Counted from the first letter of the stretch, positions 43,535 through 55,733 are shown. The stretch: DNA of 64,000 nucleotides from Nitrospirota bacterium (GCA_021789495.1 JAJYJM010000001.1:4018-68017); one strand, 5' to 3'. Notes: generated from the letters alone by a model not told the origin. A program made the numbers and translations.

Positions 43535-45748
43535 TTAAGCCTTGCGCAGGCGAAGTGAGTTGCTCACGACGGACACGGAAGAGAGGGCCATGGCGGCTGC
43601 GGCCATTACAGGCTTTAGGAGAATCCCGAAGGACGGGTACAGGACTCCGGCGGCCATCGGAATGCCGACGGTATTATAGAAAAACGCCCAAAAAAGGTTC
43701 TGCTTTATCGTCCTGAGGGTCTTCCGGCTTATCTCAAGGGCCTCCGCCGCGCGTGTAAGCTCAGGCTTTATAAGCATTATGTCGGATGCCTCGATTGCGG
43801 CGTCCGTCCCTGTCCCCACGGCGATGCCTATGTCGGCCCTCGCAAGCGCGGGCGCGTCGTTTATGCCGTCCCCGACCATCGCAACAATCCTGCCCTTTGC
43901 CTGAAGCTCGGATATTACCTTCTCCTTCCTGTCCGGCAGCACCCCCCATATCACATTTTCGACGCCTACCTTCCTGGCCACAGCGCGCGCCGCAAGCTCG
44001 GTGTCCCCGGTAAGCATTATGACTTCAAGGCCAAGCTCCTTGAGCCTCCGTATGCCTTCTACGGAGCCTTCCTTTACACCGTCGGCAATCGCTATTATGC
44101 CTGCCGGCTTTTTGTCCCTTGCAACGAATATCGATGTATAACCTTCCTGCGCGTAAAGCGCCCCGGCATGGGTGAACTGCGCCGTATCCACGCCGTTTTC
44201 GGCCATGAGACGGGCATTTCCTATAAGCACATCTTCATCCCCAATCCTTGCCCGAGCCCCGTAGCCCGGCAGGGCCTCGAAACCGGACGCCGGAGATATT
44301 ACGAGGTTTTCCTCCCTCGCCTTTTCCGTAACGGCAAGGGCGACGGGATGCTCGGAGTAGTTCTCTACCGATGCGGCAAGGGCGAGGAAATCCTCACCGC
44401 CGTCCCCCAGTTCTTTGAGCGCCATAACCCTGGGCCTGCCTTCCGTCACCGTCCCGGTCTTGTCCAGGACAATCGTATCCGCCTTGGCGAACCGCTCTAA
44501 TACATCACCGCCTCGGAATATTATGCCCTTTTCGGCGGCCCTGCCCGTCCCGACCATTATAGCCGTCGGCGTGGCAAGACCCATCGCGCACGGACATGCT
44601 ATTATAAGCACTGCGATAAAGGCCAGCAGGGCGAACGTAAAGCCCTCCCCTGCGGCGAGCCATACCCCGAAGGCCACGAACGCCACTACTATAACCGACG
44701 GGACGAAATACGCCGCCACCTTGTCCGCGAGCCTCTGAATCGGCGCCTTCGCGCCCTGTGCCTCTTCAACGAGCTTTATTATCCCGGCCAGAACCGTGTC
44801 TTTTCCAACCCTTTCGGCCTTAAACTTAAAGCTGCCCGTGAGGTTCAGCGTCCCGCCGAAAACCGTCTCGCCCTCGCCCTTTTCCACGGGCAGGCTCTCG
44901 CCCGTGAGCATGGACTCGTCCAGCGAGGAAAACCCTGAGATTACGGCCCCGTCTACGGGCACTTTCTCTCCTGGCCGGACGATTACCACGTCTCCCGGCA
45001 TAACGTCTTCCGCCAGTATTTCCATCTCCTGCCCGTCCCGGACTACCCTCGCCGTCCTGGGGGAAAGCTTCATAAGCCGCTTCACGGCCTCGGACGCCTT
45101 GCCCTTCGAGCGGGCTTCGAGGAACTTCCCAAGCAGGATGAGGGTTATAATCATCGCGGAGGTGTCGTAATAGACGGCGCTGCCGAAACCGGCGAAGACG
45201 CCGGGGAAGAAGGTGATGACTGCACTGTAGAAATAGGCCGTGGACGTGCCCGTGGCAATAAGGACGTCCATGTTGGCGCTCCCGTGGGAAAGCGTCCCCC
45301 ACGCGCCCTTGTAGAACCGCTGGCCCGCCCAGAACTGCACGGGCGTCGCAAGCGCGAAGAGTATGAAATCGAGCACCCTGTGAGAAACCGGCATGGATAC
45401 GCCGTGGAACGAGGACGCCATTATAACGGAGCTTGCGACTATGCTGAAAATCACCTTTATCCTGAGATCCCGAAGCTCCTCTTCCTCCCTGGCCTCCTTT
45501 ATCTCCGGGGCGGCCTCTTCCTTATCAAGCACCTGATATCCGGTCTTTATTACCGCTTCCTTTAGCCCGGCCTCGGAAATCTCCGCCGGCACGTATTCCA
45601 CGCGCGCCGTCTCGGACGCGAGGTTTACGTTCGCGGAGATTACCCCCGGCCGCTTCTTCAGCGCGCGCTCGACCGCCGCAGAGCACGAGGCGCAGGTCAT
45701 TCCGCCGATATTCAGGGTGCTTACAGCCGTTTTGTTGTTATCCGACAT
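43535..45748 (-). CDS. copA: Copper-translocating P1B-type ATPase
   Basis: [36 protein letters not shown]. Confidence 0.95.
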   Translation of the reverse strand: MSDNNKTAVSTLNIGGMTCASCSAAVERALKKRPGVISANVNLASETARVEYVPAEISEAGLKEAVIKTGYQVLDKEEAAPEIKEAREEEELRDLRIKVIFSIVASSVIMASSFHGVSMPVSHRVLDFILFALATPVQFWAGQRFYKGAWGTLSHGSANMDVLIATGTSTAYFYSAVITFFPGVFAGFGSAVYYDTSAMIITLILLGKFLEARSKGKASEAVKRLMKLSPRTARVVRDGQEMEILAEDVMPGDVVIVRPGEKVPVDGAVISGFSSLDESMLTGESLPVEKGEGETVFGGTLNLTGSFKFKAERVGKDTVLAGIIKLVEEAQGAKAPIQRLADKVAAYFVPSVIVVAFVAFGVWLAAGEGFTFALLAFIAVLIIACPCAMGLATPTAIMVGTGRAAEKGIIFRGGDVLERFAKADTIVLDKTGTVTEGRPRVMALKELGDGGEDFLALAASVENYSEHPVALAVTEKAREENLVISPASGFEALPGYGARARIGDEDVLIGNARLMAENGVDTAQFTHAGALYAQEGYTSIFVARDKKPAGIIAIADGVKEGSVEGIRRLKELGLEVIMLTGDTELAARAVARKVGVENVIWGVLPDRKEKVISELQAKGRIVAMVGDGINDAPALARADIGIAVGTGTDAAIEASDIMLIKPELTRAAEALEISRKTLRTIKQNLFWAFFYNTVGIPMAAGVLYPSFGILLKPVMAAAAMALSSVSVVSNSLRLRKA

Positions 45749-45761
45749 GGCTTATCACAGT

Positions 45762-45786
45762 AAAAAAGGGGCTCTCTCACGCCCCT
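45762..45786 (-). terminator. Intrinsic terminator just upstream of copA
   Basis: Minus strand AGGGGC-GTGAGAGA-GCCCCT followed by a T-tract. Confidence 0.55.
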
Positions 45787-45810
45787 AGGCTTACAGCAAA
45801 CATTACAAAC

Positions 45811-45903
45811 TGTCATTGCGAGCTTCAGCGAAGCAATCTCGGTTTTTAAGAGAATCAGTAAATTCCGGGATTGCCGCGTCGCCTTCGGTTCCTCGCAATG
45901 ACA
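45811..45903. repeat. Inverted REP pair (REPIN-like, TGTCATTGCGAG...CTCGCAATGACA)
   Basis: 12-bp perfect terminal inverted repeat; internal GAAGCAATCTC / GGGATTGCCGC complementarity. Confidence 0.8.
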
Positions 45904-45917
45904 AAATCTGTCAACGC

Positions 45918-46232
45918 TTACGCGTGGCTATGGAGGCGCGCCTTCTCCTCTTCCATGGCCTTTTTCCCGGCCTCTACCGCGCCCTGTATGGCCGGTTTTT
46001 TCTCTTCAAGGTATTCCCGTCCGCGGCTTAAGGTATCCGCAATCTTAAGCTTTGCGCTCTGGCCCACACTCCAGACCTTGTCCTTCGCGTCTCCGGCGAA
46101 CTCGCTGATTTTTTCCCTTGTCTCGCGCCCGGACTGCGGTGCCGTCAGAAGCGCTATGCCGGCGCCGACGATGCCGCCGACAAGGAACGAAATAACCATC
46201 GAACCGGTGGAGAAGTTCTTTTCTTCGTACAT
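45918..46232 (-). CDS. YtxH domain protein
   Basis: FLVGGIVGAGIALLTAPQSGRETR. Confidence 0.88.
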   Translation of the reverse strand: MYEEKNFSTGSMVISFLVGGIVGAGIALLTAPQSGRETREKISEFAGDAKDKVWSVGQSAKLKIADTLSRGREYLEEKKPAIQGAVEAGKKAMEEEKARLHSHA

Positions 46233-46646
46233 TTAAGCTACCTCCTTCTTTTTCCATGACCTGAGGTTTTCGACCAATGTCCGCACCCCGGCCTTTATCC
46301 CGGCGAGGTACGCCGCCGCATCGATTAATGGACCCCGTATGTTCTCGTTTATTATGGCATTTATGCCATTGACCGTGCCGGTTACCGCATCGACCGTCCC
46401 CTCGACTTTTTCAACCCCGGTCTTTGCCGCCGCAACTATTCCGTTTACCTCATCGATCGTATTCCTCACAGAGCCGACCAGCGGCATTACTTCCACGTTT
46501 ATCAGCGTCTTTACGGAACCGTTCAGGTCGTTCAAGGTGGATTCAATGGATTTCAGCGTGCTTCTAAGCTGTATCATGACCGGAATCAGCGTCAGGACCG
46601 CAACTGCAAAGGCAATGGCTATTATCAGAACCGCCGCAGGAAGCAT
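46233..46646 (-). CDS. DUF948 family membrane protein
   Basis: N-terminal TM plus coiled-coil; typical partner of YtxH. Confidence 0.75.
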   Translation of the reverse strand: MLPAAVLIIAIAFAVAVLTLIPVMIQLRSTLKSIESTLNDLNGSVKTLINVEVMPLVGSVRNTIDEVNGIVAAAKTGVEKVEGTVDAVTGTVNGINAIINENIRGPLIDAAAYLAGIKAGVRTLVENLRSWKKKEVA

Positions 46647-46676
46647 TTCAAAATCCTCCTTTAGTTTAAATATACC

Positions 46677-46774
46677 TCAAGCCGGCCTTATTAACAAGAC
46701 GGCCGGTGAGATTCCCGGGCAACGACATCCGATACCTCGCTCCCGTCCACCGGGATTAAGATATATTCATACAT
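46677..46774 (-). pseudogene. Internally deleted universal stress protein remnant
   Basis: MYEYILIPVDGSEVSDVVARE (Usp N-terminus) joined out of frame to SPAVLLIRPA* (Usp C-terminus) in only 98 nt. Confidence 0.7.
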
Positions 46775-46826
46775 AGTAAATTTATATCAGAGAGGCTGGA
46801 AGCAGTCAAAGGGAAAAGGCGTGTAT

Positions 46827-47675
46827 TCAGGGCGATACGCCCTGTTTTGCGCTGGTGAACAGAAGACCCCTGACAACCTCGGCACGTTTGCCGAGCGGCC
46901 CCATATCCTTGCCGTTGAGCCGGGCGCGCACTCCGCCCGCGTTTCCGAGCGTCAGGACTATCTGTTTGTTCGCATTTATTATCCGGGCGTTGCCCTTTTT
47001 CAGGATACCGCTCATCCCGCTTGCATTGTCGGCCCTGTAGGAGTAGTAGCTGTCCTCGACGGCGAAAAGCTTGAGAGTGAGCGGGCCGATTGCCTGAAAG
47101 GGTTTCCGGGCGGTATGGGATACGGTCGTGCGGTTTTTGAAGGACGTTACGGCCTTCATTGCCGGGGCCGGAGGCTTTTGCGCCACGGGCGCCGGGGCCT
47201 GGCGAACGGGCGGCAAGGGGAGCTTTGGAGCCTGCGCCTTCATGGGCCTTTTCGGAACGAACAGGAGGGTTATTCCCGTGAGGGCCGCGCCTGCGAGAAG
47301 CCCCGCAATGATTATCAGGTATACCGGGTGTTTTTTCCCCGTCGGTCTTTCCGCCTGGTGTTTACCGCGGGATATACTTATAAGCGAGGGCTTGGGGCGG
47401 TGTTGAACATCCCGGTCATCCGGCGCGGGCGCCTCCCTCGGCGGGAGATTCAGCTCCCTGTAGCGCGCCAGTATATCTTTGACGTTCAGGCCCAGTTCCT
47501 TTGAATAAGTCCGCAGGAAACCGACAACGAAGACGTCGCCGGGGATGGCCGAGTAATCGCCGTCCTCCAGGGCCTTGAGGAATGTATGGCTTATCCTCGT
47601 CCTCTCGGCTATCTCGGTAAGGGAAAGCCCTTTGGCCTCCCTCGCCACCTTTAGTTCTTCACCGATGTTTGGCAT
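46827..47675 (-). CDS. rodZ: Cytoskeleton protein RodZ-like (HTH-TM-DUF4115)
   Basis: IGEELKVARE..GLSL, GFLRTYSKELGL, TM helix, LGNAGGV. Confidence 0.85.
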   Translation of the reverse strand: MPNIGEELKVAREAKGLSLTEIAERTRISHTFLKALEDGDYSAIPGDVFVVGFLRTYSKELGLNVKDILARYRELNLPPREAPAPDDRDVQHRPKPSLISISRGKHQAERPTGKKHPVYLIIIAGLLAGAALTGITLLFVPKRPMKAQAPKLPLPPVRQAPAPVAQKPPAPAMKAVTSFKNRTTVSHTARKPFQAIGPLTLKLFAVEDSYYSYRADNASGMSGILKKGNARIINANKQIVLTLGNAGGVRARLNGKDMGPLGKRAEVVRGLLFTSAKQGVSP

Positions 47676-47676
47676 T

Positions 47677-48429
47677 TTACTTTAATAGATTCAGATACTT
47701 GTCAGCCTGCGCCGAAAGCCTGGAGTTCGGAGCCAGGCTTTTTGCCTTCTCCAGGCTCTCCGCGGCCTTGGCGTTCCTGCCCTGCTGGAAATACACCAGG
47801 CCGAGCTCGTAATAAGCCTGGGCGCTCTTTGGGGCAGCATCGATAGTCTTCCTGAAGAACCTCTCCGCGTTCTTCATGTCGCCAAGTTTTTTATACTCGT
47901 CCGCAAGGCCGTACATCGCGTCGACATTGTAGGGATTCGACAGCAGCGCCTTGCGGAAGGATTTGGCCGCCTTCTTGTGTTTTCCCATGGAGTCGTAGAC
48001 GTTTCCGATGTTGACAAGCGCCTGGTCTTTTGTGGGATAAACCGGATTGTTTATAGCCTTTTCAAGCTCCGTTATCGCATCGGAATAATCTTTCTTCCGC
48101 GCGTACGCAAGCCCAAGGTTGTTATGGGCCTCGCCGTAGTTCGGGTCGAGCGATATGGTCGTCTTGAACTCCGATATCGCTTTGTCGAAGCTCCCTTCGT
48201 TGTAATAGATTATTCCCGCCGCGAAATGCGCGCCGAGATTATCCGGGTTCTCCTGAATCGCCATATTGAATTCGTATAGCGCGGATTCGTTGTTTCCGGA
48301 CTGCATCCGATTCAGTCCGTTCTTATAGTGGGATATGGATTCCTGGACTGGAGTCGGGCCGCTTGCGCAGGCGGAGAGAAGCAGAGCGGAGGTCAGGAGG
48401 GTCAGGATAATAAATATCGGCTTTTTCAT
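47677..48429 (-). CDS. pilF: TPR lipoprotein (PilF/PilW-like)
   Basis: Lipobox LSAC, TPR repeats, NPVYPT; upstream of rodZ. Confidence 0.7.
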   Translation of the reverse strand: MKKPIFIILTLLTSALLLSACASGPTPVQESISHYKNGLNRMQSGNNESALYEFNMAIQENPDNLGAHFAAGIIYYNEGSFDKAISEFKTTISLDPNYGEAHNNLGLAYARKKDYSDAITELEKAINNPVYPTKDQALVNIGNVYDSMGKHKKAAKSFRKALLSNPYNVDAMYGLADEYKKLGDMKNAERFFRKTIDAAPKSAQAYYELGLVYFQQGRNAKAAESLEKAKSLAPNSRLSAQADKYLNLLK

Positions 48430-49337
48430 GCTATGTCCTCGAAAAATGTTATCTTCCTAAACTCCCTGTAGCGCCCTTCGATTTCCTTGTAGTCGAGACT
48501 TTTCATCCCGTTCAGGCTGAAGTCCTCCACGTTGAAGGACGCCATGACGCTCCCGAATATTATCGCCTGCCGAAGCGACGCCTCGTCGAAATTCTGCACG
48601 TTGTCCAGGTATCCCATGAACCCGCCCGCGAAGCTGTCCCCGGCGCCGGTCGGGTCGAATACGGCCTCAAGGGGATATGCCGGGGCGGAGAATATCCCGC
48701 CGGAATTGAACATTACGGAGCCGTATTCGCCCCGCTTTACGATAAGGGTGCCGGGCCCCATCGCCTGCACGGCCCGCGCGGCCTTGACGAGGTTCGGCTC
48801 CCCGGCGAGTTCCCTCGCCTCGGCCTCGTTTATAAGGAGTATGTCCACCTCGGCCAGCGTCTTTACAAGCTCGTCCTTTTTTCCGCCTATCCAGAAGTTC
48901 ATGGTATCGCAGGCGACGAGCTTCGGCCTGTTTATCTGGTGCAGGACTTCCCTCTGGAGCACAGGGTCGATATTGGCGAGGAACACGACATCGGATGCGC
49001 GGTATGCGTCCGGGATATTCGGCCTGAAGCTCTCGAACACATTCAACTGCGTATCGAGCGTCCTGGCTTCGTTCAAGTCGTAGCCGTACTCGCCCTTCCA
49101 CCGGAAGGTCCGTCCCTCGGATTTCTGGAGGCCGGAGACGTCGATCCTGCGGTTTTTAAGGAACTGGACGTGCTTGTCCGGAAAATCATCCCCGACGACC
49201 GCGACAAGCTTCACGTCCGTGAAGTAGCTTGCCGCCGTGGAGAAATATGTCGCGGAACCGCCCAGTACTTCATCGGCGGCTCCAAACGGTGTCTTGACAC
49301 TGTCGAACGCAATGGAACCCACGACCAGCAAGCTCAA
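48426..49337 (-). CDS. PfkB family kinase
   Basis: VVGSIAFD, GGSATY, DPTGAGDSFAGG. Confidence 0.88.
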   Translation of the reverse strand: MSLLVVGSIAFDSVKTPFGAADEVLGGSATYFSTAASYFTDVKLVAVVGDDFPDKHVQFLKNRRIDVSGLQKSEGRTFRWKGEYGYDLNEARTLDTQLNVFESFRPNIPDAYRASDVVFLANIDPVLQREVLHQINRPKLVACDTMNFWIGGKKDELVKTLAEVDILLINEAEARELAGEPNLVKAARAVQAMGPGTLIVKRGEYGSVMFNSGGIFSAPAYPLEAVFDPTGAGDSFAGGFMGYLDNVQNFDEASLRQAIIFGSVMASFNVEDFSLNGMKSLDYKEIEGRYREFRKITFFEDIA

Positions 49338-49340
49338 TCG

Positions 49341-50213
49341 CTATACCTCCTGCCCGACGTATTTCCCGATGATTGCGTCGAGTTTCCTTTTGGTTTCCTC
49401 CGGTATAAGCTCAGCCGAGGTCATTATGGCGTATTTCAGGGAATCCCCGCACGCGCACGAACGCGAAACCGGCATGGCCTCCACGGCTATCTGAATAATC
49501 TTCTTGGCTGTCTCCACGTTCTTTCTGAGGATGGCGATTACGGCCTCGATTGTAACGTCTTCCTCGGTCTCGTGCCAGCAGTCGTAGTCCGTCGCAAGCG
49601 CAAGCGTCGCATAGCATATCTCCGCCTCGCGCGCAAGCTTCGCCTCCGTTACGTTAGTCATGCCGATTACGTCCACTCCCCAGCCGCGGTATATCCTCGA
49701 TTCGCCCCTGGTGGAGAACTGCGGGCCTTCCATGCAGATATACGTCCCGCCCCTATGCATCTTCGCGCCGGCCTTAACTCCCGCGTCATAAAGCGCGCCC
49801 GCAAGCTCCGGGCAGACCGGGTCTGCAAATCCGACGTGCGCCACGACCCCGCCGCCGAAGAACGTGCTGACGCGGTTCTTAGTCTGGTCGTAGAACTGGT
49901 CCGGGACGACAATCTCGCCGGGCCGGATTTCCTCCTTCATGCTCCCGACGGCGGAGACGGATATTATACGCTCGACGCCGAGTTTCTTCATGGCGTAGAT
50001 GTTCGCCCGGTAGTTTATCTCCGAGGGCGTGAACCTGTGCCCCCGGCCATGTCGCGGGAGAAACGCGAGCCTCCTGCCTTCAAGGGTGCCCAGGACGAAC
50101 TCGTCCGACGGCTCCCCGAACGGTGTATCCACCCGGACGGACGTAACGTATTTAAGGCCCTCCATGTCGTAGAGACCGCTTCCGCCTATGACTCCTATCT
50201 CCGCTTCGGACAA
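49341..50213 (-). CDS. mtnP: S-methyl-5'-thioadenosine phosphorylase
   Basis: IGGSGLY, RHGRGH, EGPQFST, GMT, TDYDCW. Confidence 0.92.
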   Translation of the reverse strand: MSEAEIGVIGGSGLYDMEGLKYVTSVRVDTPFGEPSDEFVLGTLEGRRLAFLPRHGRGHRFTPSEINYRANIYAMKKLGVERIISVSAVGSMKEEIRPGEIVVPDQFYDQTKNRVSTFFGGGVVAHVGFADPVCPELAGALYDAGVKAGAKMHRGGTYICMEGPQFSTRGESRIYRGWGVDVIGMTNVTEAKLAREAEICYATLALATDYDCWHETEEDVTIEAVIAILRKNVETAKKIIQIAVEAMPVSRSCACGDSLKYAIMTSAELIPEETKRKLDAIIGKYVGQEV

Positions 50214-50264
50214 TTCAAGCTCCTTTTTTCTTTGTCATTCGGAAAATGCCAATAGAACTAAAGA

Positions 50265-50293
50265 ATTATAAGGCATTGGAACTGTTTTGTAAA
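50265..50293 (-). promoter_or_regulatory. Sigma70-type promoter of mtnP operon
   Basis: TTTACA-17 nt-TATAAT. Confidence 0.65.
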
Positions 50294-50339
50294 GGGATTT
50301 CGGGCGGACTAAAAGCAGGGGCTTAAGTTTATTGCGTCC

Positions 50340-50480
50340 GGCATTCCCGTGAAATCGGGAACCCGGCGGCTTTTCTTACCCTCGCCCTTTCATGGGAGAG
50401 GATGGCCGAAGGCCGGGAGAGGGTTCGCCGTTTTCCTGATTTGTAATTGCCAGATTCATCGGGCGGCGTCTGGAAATTAC
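50340..50480. repeat. Adjacent REP-like elements of three families
   Basis: GGCATTCCCGTGAAATCGGGAACCCGGC (GTCATT-type); CCCTCGCCCTTTCATGGGAGAGG...GGGAGAGGG (50379-50423); GTAATTGCCAGA...TCTGGAAATTAC hairpin. Confidence 0.65.
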
Positions 50481-50760
50481 GATGCGATTTAATTATAATA
50501 TCGAGCCACGCACCAAGAGTAAACCTAATCGGTCGGGAAAGTTCGTTCTCAGGATAATTTACTATGAGCTACGATAACTCCCCGCCAACTTTGGATTATT
50601 TTTATAAATTCCCGAATTTTTCGGCGGAATCGGAAACGGGCTGAAAACGGGCCGTTTTCGGGCATTTTCGGGGCAAAAAGGAGGGGCGGAGAAGGGGGCG
50701 ATTTGGCGGGTTTTCTATGGATATTCCATTTATTTTACAACCGGTTAAACAATAAAACGC

Positions 50761-50787
50761 TGTCATTCCGAGCGAAGCGAAGAATCC
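50761..50787 (+). repeat. GTCATT-type REP-like element
   Basis: TGTCATTCCGAGCGAAGCGAAGAATCC. Confidence 0.7.
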
Positions 50788-50928
50788 GACTATCGCCTTT
50801 GTAACCCATTGAAAACGTTGAAATCCTATTTTGCGTTTTCGGCGGGTTTGAACGGCCTGCGGCGACTTATTGAAGGTTATTTATATAATGAGAGAAACGG
50901 CGGGTTTTTAATCGCCTTTAATCAGGCG

Positions 50929-51468
50929 TTATTCCTTGAAATATCCGGAGGTTACCCTCTCCCAGTCTCCCCTCGCCTGAAGGATTAAATCTATGACCTC
51001 TCGCACTGCGGCCTCGCCCCCGCGCCTCTCCGTTACCATGTCCGCCGCCTCCCTGACATACGGCTCGGCGTCCGCAACCGCGATAGAAAGCCCCACCCGC
51101 CTCATAACCGGCAGGTCCACATTATCGTCCCCGATGTAAGCGACCTCCTCGTCCACTACGCCCAGTCTGTCCTTAAGCTCTTGATATGCCGGGAGTTTTT
51201 CCTTCGCCCCCTGGATTACGTGCTCTATTCCAAGCTCCCCGGCCCGGACATTCACCACCTTGGAATTCCTGCCCGTAATGAGCGCTACATCCACCCCGGC
51301 GCGCATCAGAAGCTTTATTCCGTGCCCGTCCCGGACGTGAAAGACCTTATATTCCAAGCCGTTACCGTCGAGTATTATCTCCCCACGGGTCAACACTCCG
51401 TCCACGTCGGATATAAAAAGCTTTATTTTCGAGGCCTTGCGCCGTATTCCCAAGTCCTTGTTTTTCAT
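50929..51468 (-). CDS. kdsC: KDO-8-phosphate phosphatase
   Basis: DVDGVLT, DGHGI, ITGR, IGDD, GGEAAVRE. Confidence 0.93.
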   Translation of the reverse strand: MKNKDLGIRRKASKIKLFISDVDGVLTRGEIILDGNGLEYKVFHVRDGHGIKLLMRAGVDVALITGRNSKVVNVRAGELGIEHVIQGAKEKLPAYQELKDRLGVVDEEVAYIGDDNVDLPVMRRVGLSIAVADAEPYVREAADMVTERRGGEAAVREVIDLILQARGDWERVTSGYFKE

Positions 51469-52421
51469 ACGATTCCCGCCTTCAGCAGGTCGTGCAGGTG
51501 GATTATCCCGTCCGGGCGGCCCTTTTCGTCCACGGTCAAAAGCGAGGTTATGGAATGCCTCTCCATTACGGAAACCGCCTCCGCCGCAAGCGAATTCCTG
51601 TTTATTATCTTGGGGTTGCCATGCGCAAGCTCTCCGGCGCTCCGGGAGAAGAGATCGTCGGATTTCTCAAGATAGCGCCTTAAGTCCCCGTCGGTTATGA
51701 CGCCGACCAGCTTCCCATTGTCGTCCACGACAGTCGTTACGCCCATCTTCTTCGAGGTTATCTCGAAAAGCGCCTCACGCATGGAGGTTTCCGCTTTTAC
51801 GACGGGCACTTCCGGGCCTTTGTGCATGAGGTCCTCGACCCGCAGGAGGAGCCTTTTCCCAAGGCTTCCGCCGGGGTGGAAGCAGGCGAAGTCCTCCTCT
51901 TTAAACCCGCGTTTTTCAAGGAGAGTAATGGCAATTGCGTCCCCCATCGCGAGCGCGGCGGTGGTGGAAGCCGTCGGAGCAAGCCCAAGCGGACAGGCCT
52001 CCTCGGAGACGCCAACGTCAATCGTAACCTCGGCGGCCTTGGAAAGCGAGGAATCCATCCCGCCGGTAAGGGCTATGACTGGGATTGCCAACCTCTTGAA
52101 AACAGGGAGCAATTTTACTATTTCCTCCGTCTCTCCCGAATTGGATATGGCTATTACAATGTCGCCCCTCGTTACCATCCCCAGGTCGCCGTGTATTCCA
52201 TCGGCGGGGTGCAGGAACAGTGCCGGAGTGCCGGTAGAGGCAAGCGTTGCGGCGATTTTTTTGCCTATAAGGCCGGATTTCCCCATGCCTGTAACGACTA
52301 CGCGGCCCTTGCAGGCAAGGATTATCTCCATAGCCCGCGTGAACCCGCCGTCTATCCTGTCGATAAGGGCAAGTATCGCCTCGGCCTCGATTTTCAGGAC
52401 TTTTTTCGCACCGTCGAGCAT
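51465..52421 (-). CDS. kdsD: Arabinose-5-phosphate isomerase (SIS + CBS)
   Basis: GMGKSG, HGDLG, APTAST, HPGGSLG, CBS pair. Confidence 0.93.
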   Translation of the reverse strand: MLDGAKKVLKIEAEAILALIDRIDGGFTRAMEIILACKGRVVVTGMGKSGLIGKKIAATLASTGTPALFLHPADGIHGDLGMVTRGDIVIAISNSGETEEIVKLLPVFKRLAIPVIALTGGMDSSLSKAAEVTIDVGVSEEACPLGLAPTASTTAALAMGDAIAITLLEKRGFKEEDFACFHPGGSLGKRLLLRVEDLMHKGPEVPVVKAETSMREALFEITSKKMGVTTVVDDNGKLVGVITDGDLRRYLEKSDDLFSRSAGELAHGNPKIINRNSLAAEAVSVMERHSITSLLTVDEKGRPDGIIHLHDLLKAGIV

Positions 52422-53302
52422 TATGCCTCCGCCGTCGCGGGCCGGCCCGCCGCCGCGCGGACTGCAATAATCTGCTTTATTATCATAGACATTCCGGCAA
52501 TATCCACCATGTTCGGCCCGTCGCAGAGGGCCTCGTCGGGGCATGGATGGACTTCCATAAATATCCCGTCGATGCCGACAGCCGCAGCCGCGCGCGCAAG
52601 GGGCGCGACGAACTGCCTGTCGCCTGAGCTTTTGTCCCCTCCTACGCCGGGCAGCTGGACACTGTGTGTCGCGTCGAATATCACGGGATAGCCCATTTCG
52701 CGCATTATTATAAGCGCGCGGAAGTCCACGACAAGGTTGTTATATCCGAACGAGGCGCCGCGCTCGGTGAGGATAATGTCATCGTAAACCCCTCGCCCTG
52801 CGGGAGAGGGGCAGGGGGTGAGGGCTTCATCTGCCGCTCTTATTTTGTTTATTACGTTCTTCATCTCCCAGGGTGACATAAACTGGCCCTTCTTCACGTT
52901 CACGGGTTTGCCAGTCCTGGCCGCCGCCTGGAGGATGTCCGTCTGACGGCAGAGGAATGCCGGTATCTGAAGCGCGTCCAGGACCTCAGCCGCGGGAGCC
53001 GCCTGTTCCGGGAGGTGAATGTCTGAAATCACCGGGACGCGAAAAGTCTCCTTCACCTTGGCAAGAAGTTTTAAACCGTCCGCCATACCCGGCCCACGGT
53101 ATGAGGACGATGAACTCCTATTCGCCTTGTCGAACGACGACTTGAATACGAGCGGCACGCGCAGGTCTGCGGCGGCCTTAACAACCTGCTCCGCCGCATT
53201 CATAAGCTTCGCCTCGGACTCGATGACGCACGGCCCGGCAATCAGCACGAGCGGACTGCCGCCGCCGAGTTTGATGGGACCTATTTTAATTTCTTTTGTC
53301 AC
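52421..53302 (-). CDS. kdsA: KDO-8-phosphate synthase
   Basis: IAGPCVIE, FDKANRSS, QIPAFLCRQTD, KKGQF, DATHSVQ, CDG; contains an in-frame repeat insertion. Confidence 0.95.
   Translation of the reverse strand: MTKEIKIGPIKLGGGSPLVLIAGPCVIESEAKLMNAAEQVVKAAADLRVPLVFKSSFDKANRSSSSSYRGPGMADGLKLLAKVKETFRVPVISDIHLPEQAAPAAEVLDALQIPAFLCRQTDILQAAARTGKPVNVKKGQFMSPWEMKNVINKIRAADEALTPCPSPAGRGVYDDIILTERGASFGYNNLVVDFRALIIMREMGYPVIFDATHSVQLPGVGGDKSSGDRQFVAPLARAAAAVGIDGIFMEVHPCPDEALCDGPNMVDIAGMSMIIKQIIAVRAAAGRPATAEA
52789..52824. repeat. CCCTC-type REP inside kdsA coding sequence
   Basis: CCCCTCGCCCTGCGGGAGAGGGGCAGGGGGTGAGGG; encodes LTPCPSPAGRG. Confidence 0.8.
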
Positions 53303-53338
53303 CCTCTCCCCCATCCCCTCTCCCATCAAGGGCGAGGG
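53302..53338 (-). repeat. CCCTC-type REP between pyrG and kdsA
   Basis: Minus strand CCCTCGCCCTTGATGGGAGAGGGGATGGGGGAGAGGG running directly into the GTG start. Confidence 0.8.
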
Positions 53339-53344
53339 AAAAAA

Positions 53345-55733
<2,389 letters not shown>

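Noticed and set aside
50530..50900. dif site or tRNA/6S RNA in the large intergenic gap
   Set aside because: No convincing XerD arm (TTATGTTAAAT-like), no tRNA cloverleaf or TTCGA loop, and no ncRNA family recognisable by eye
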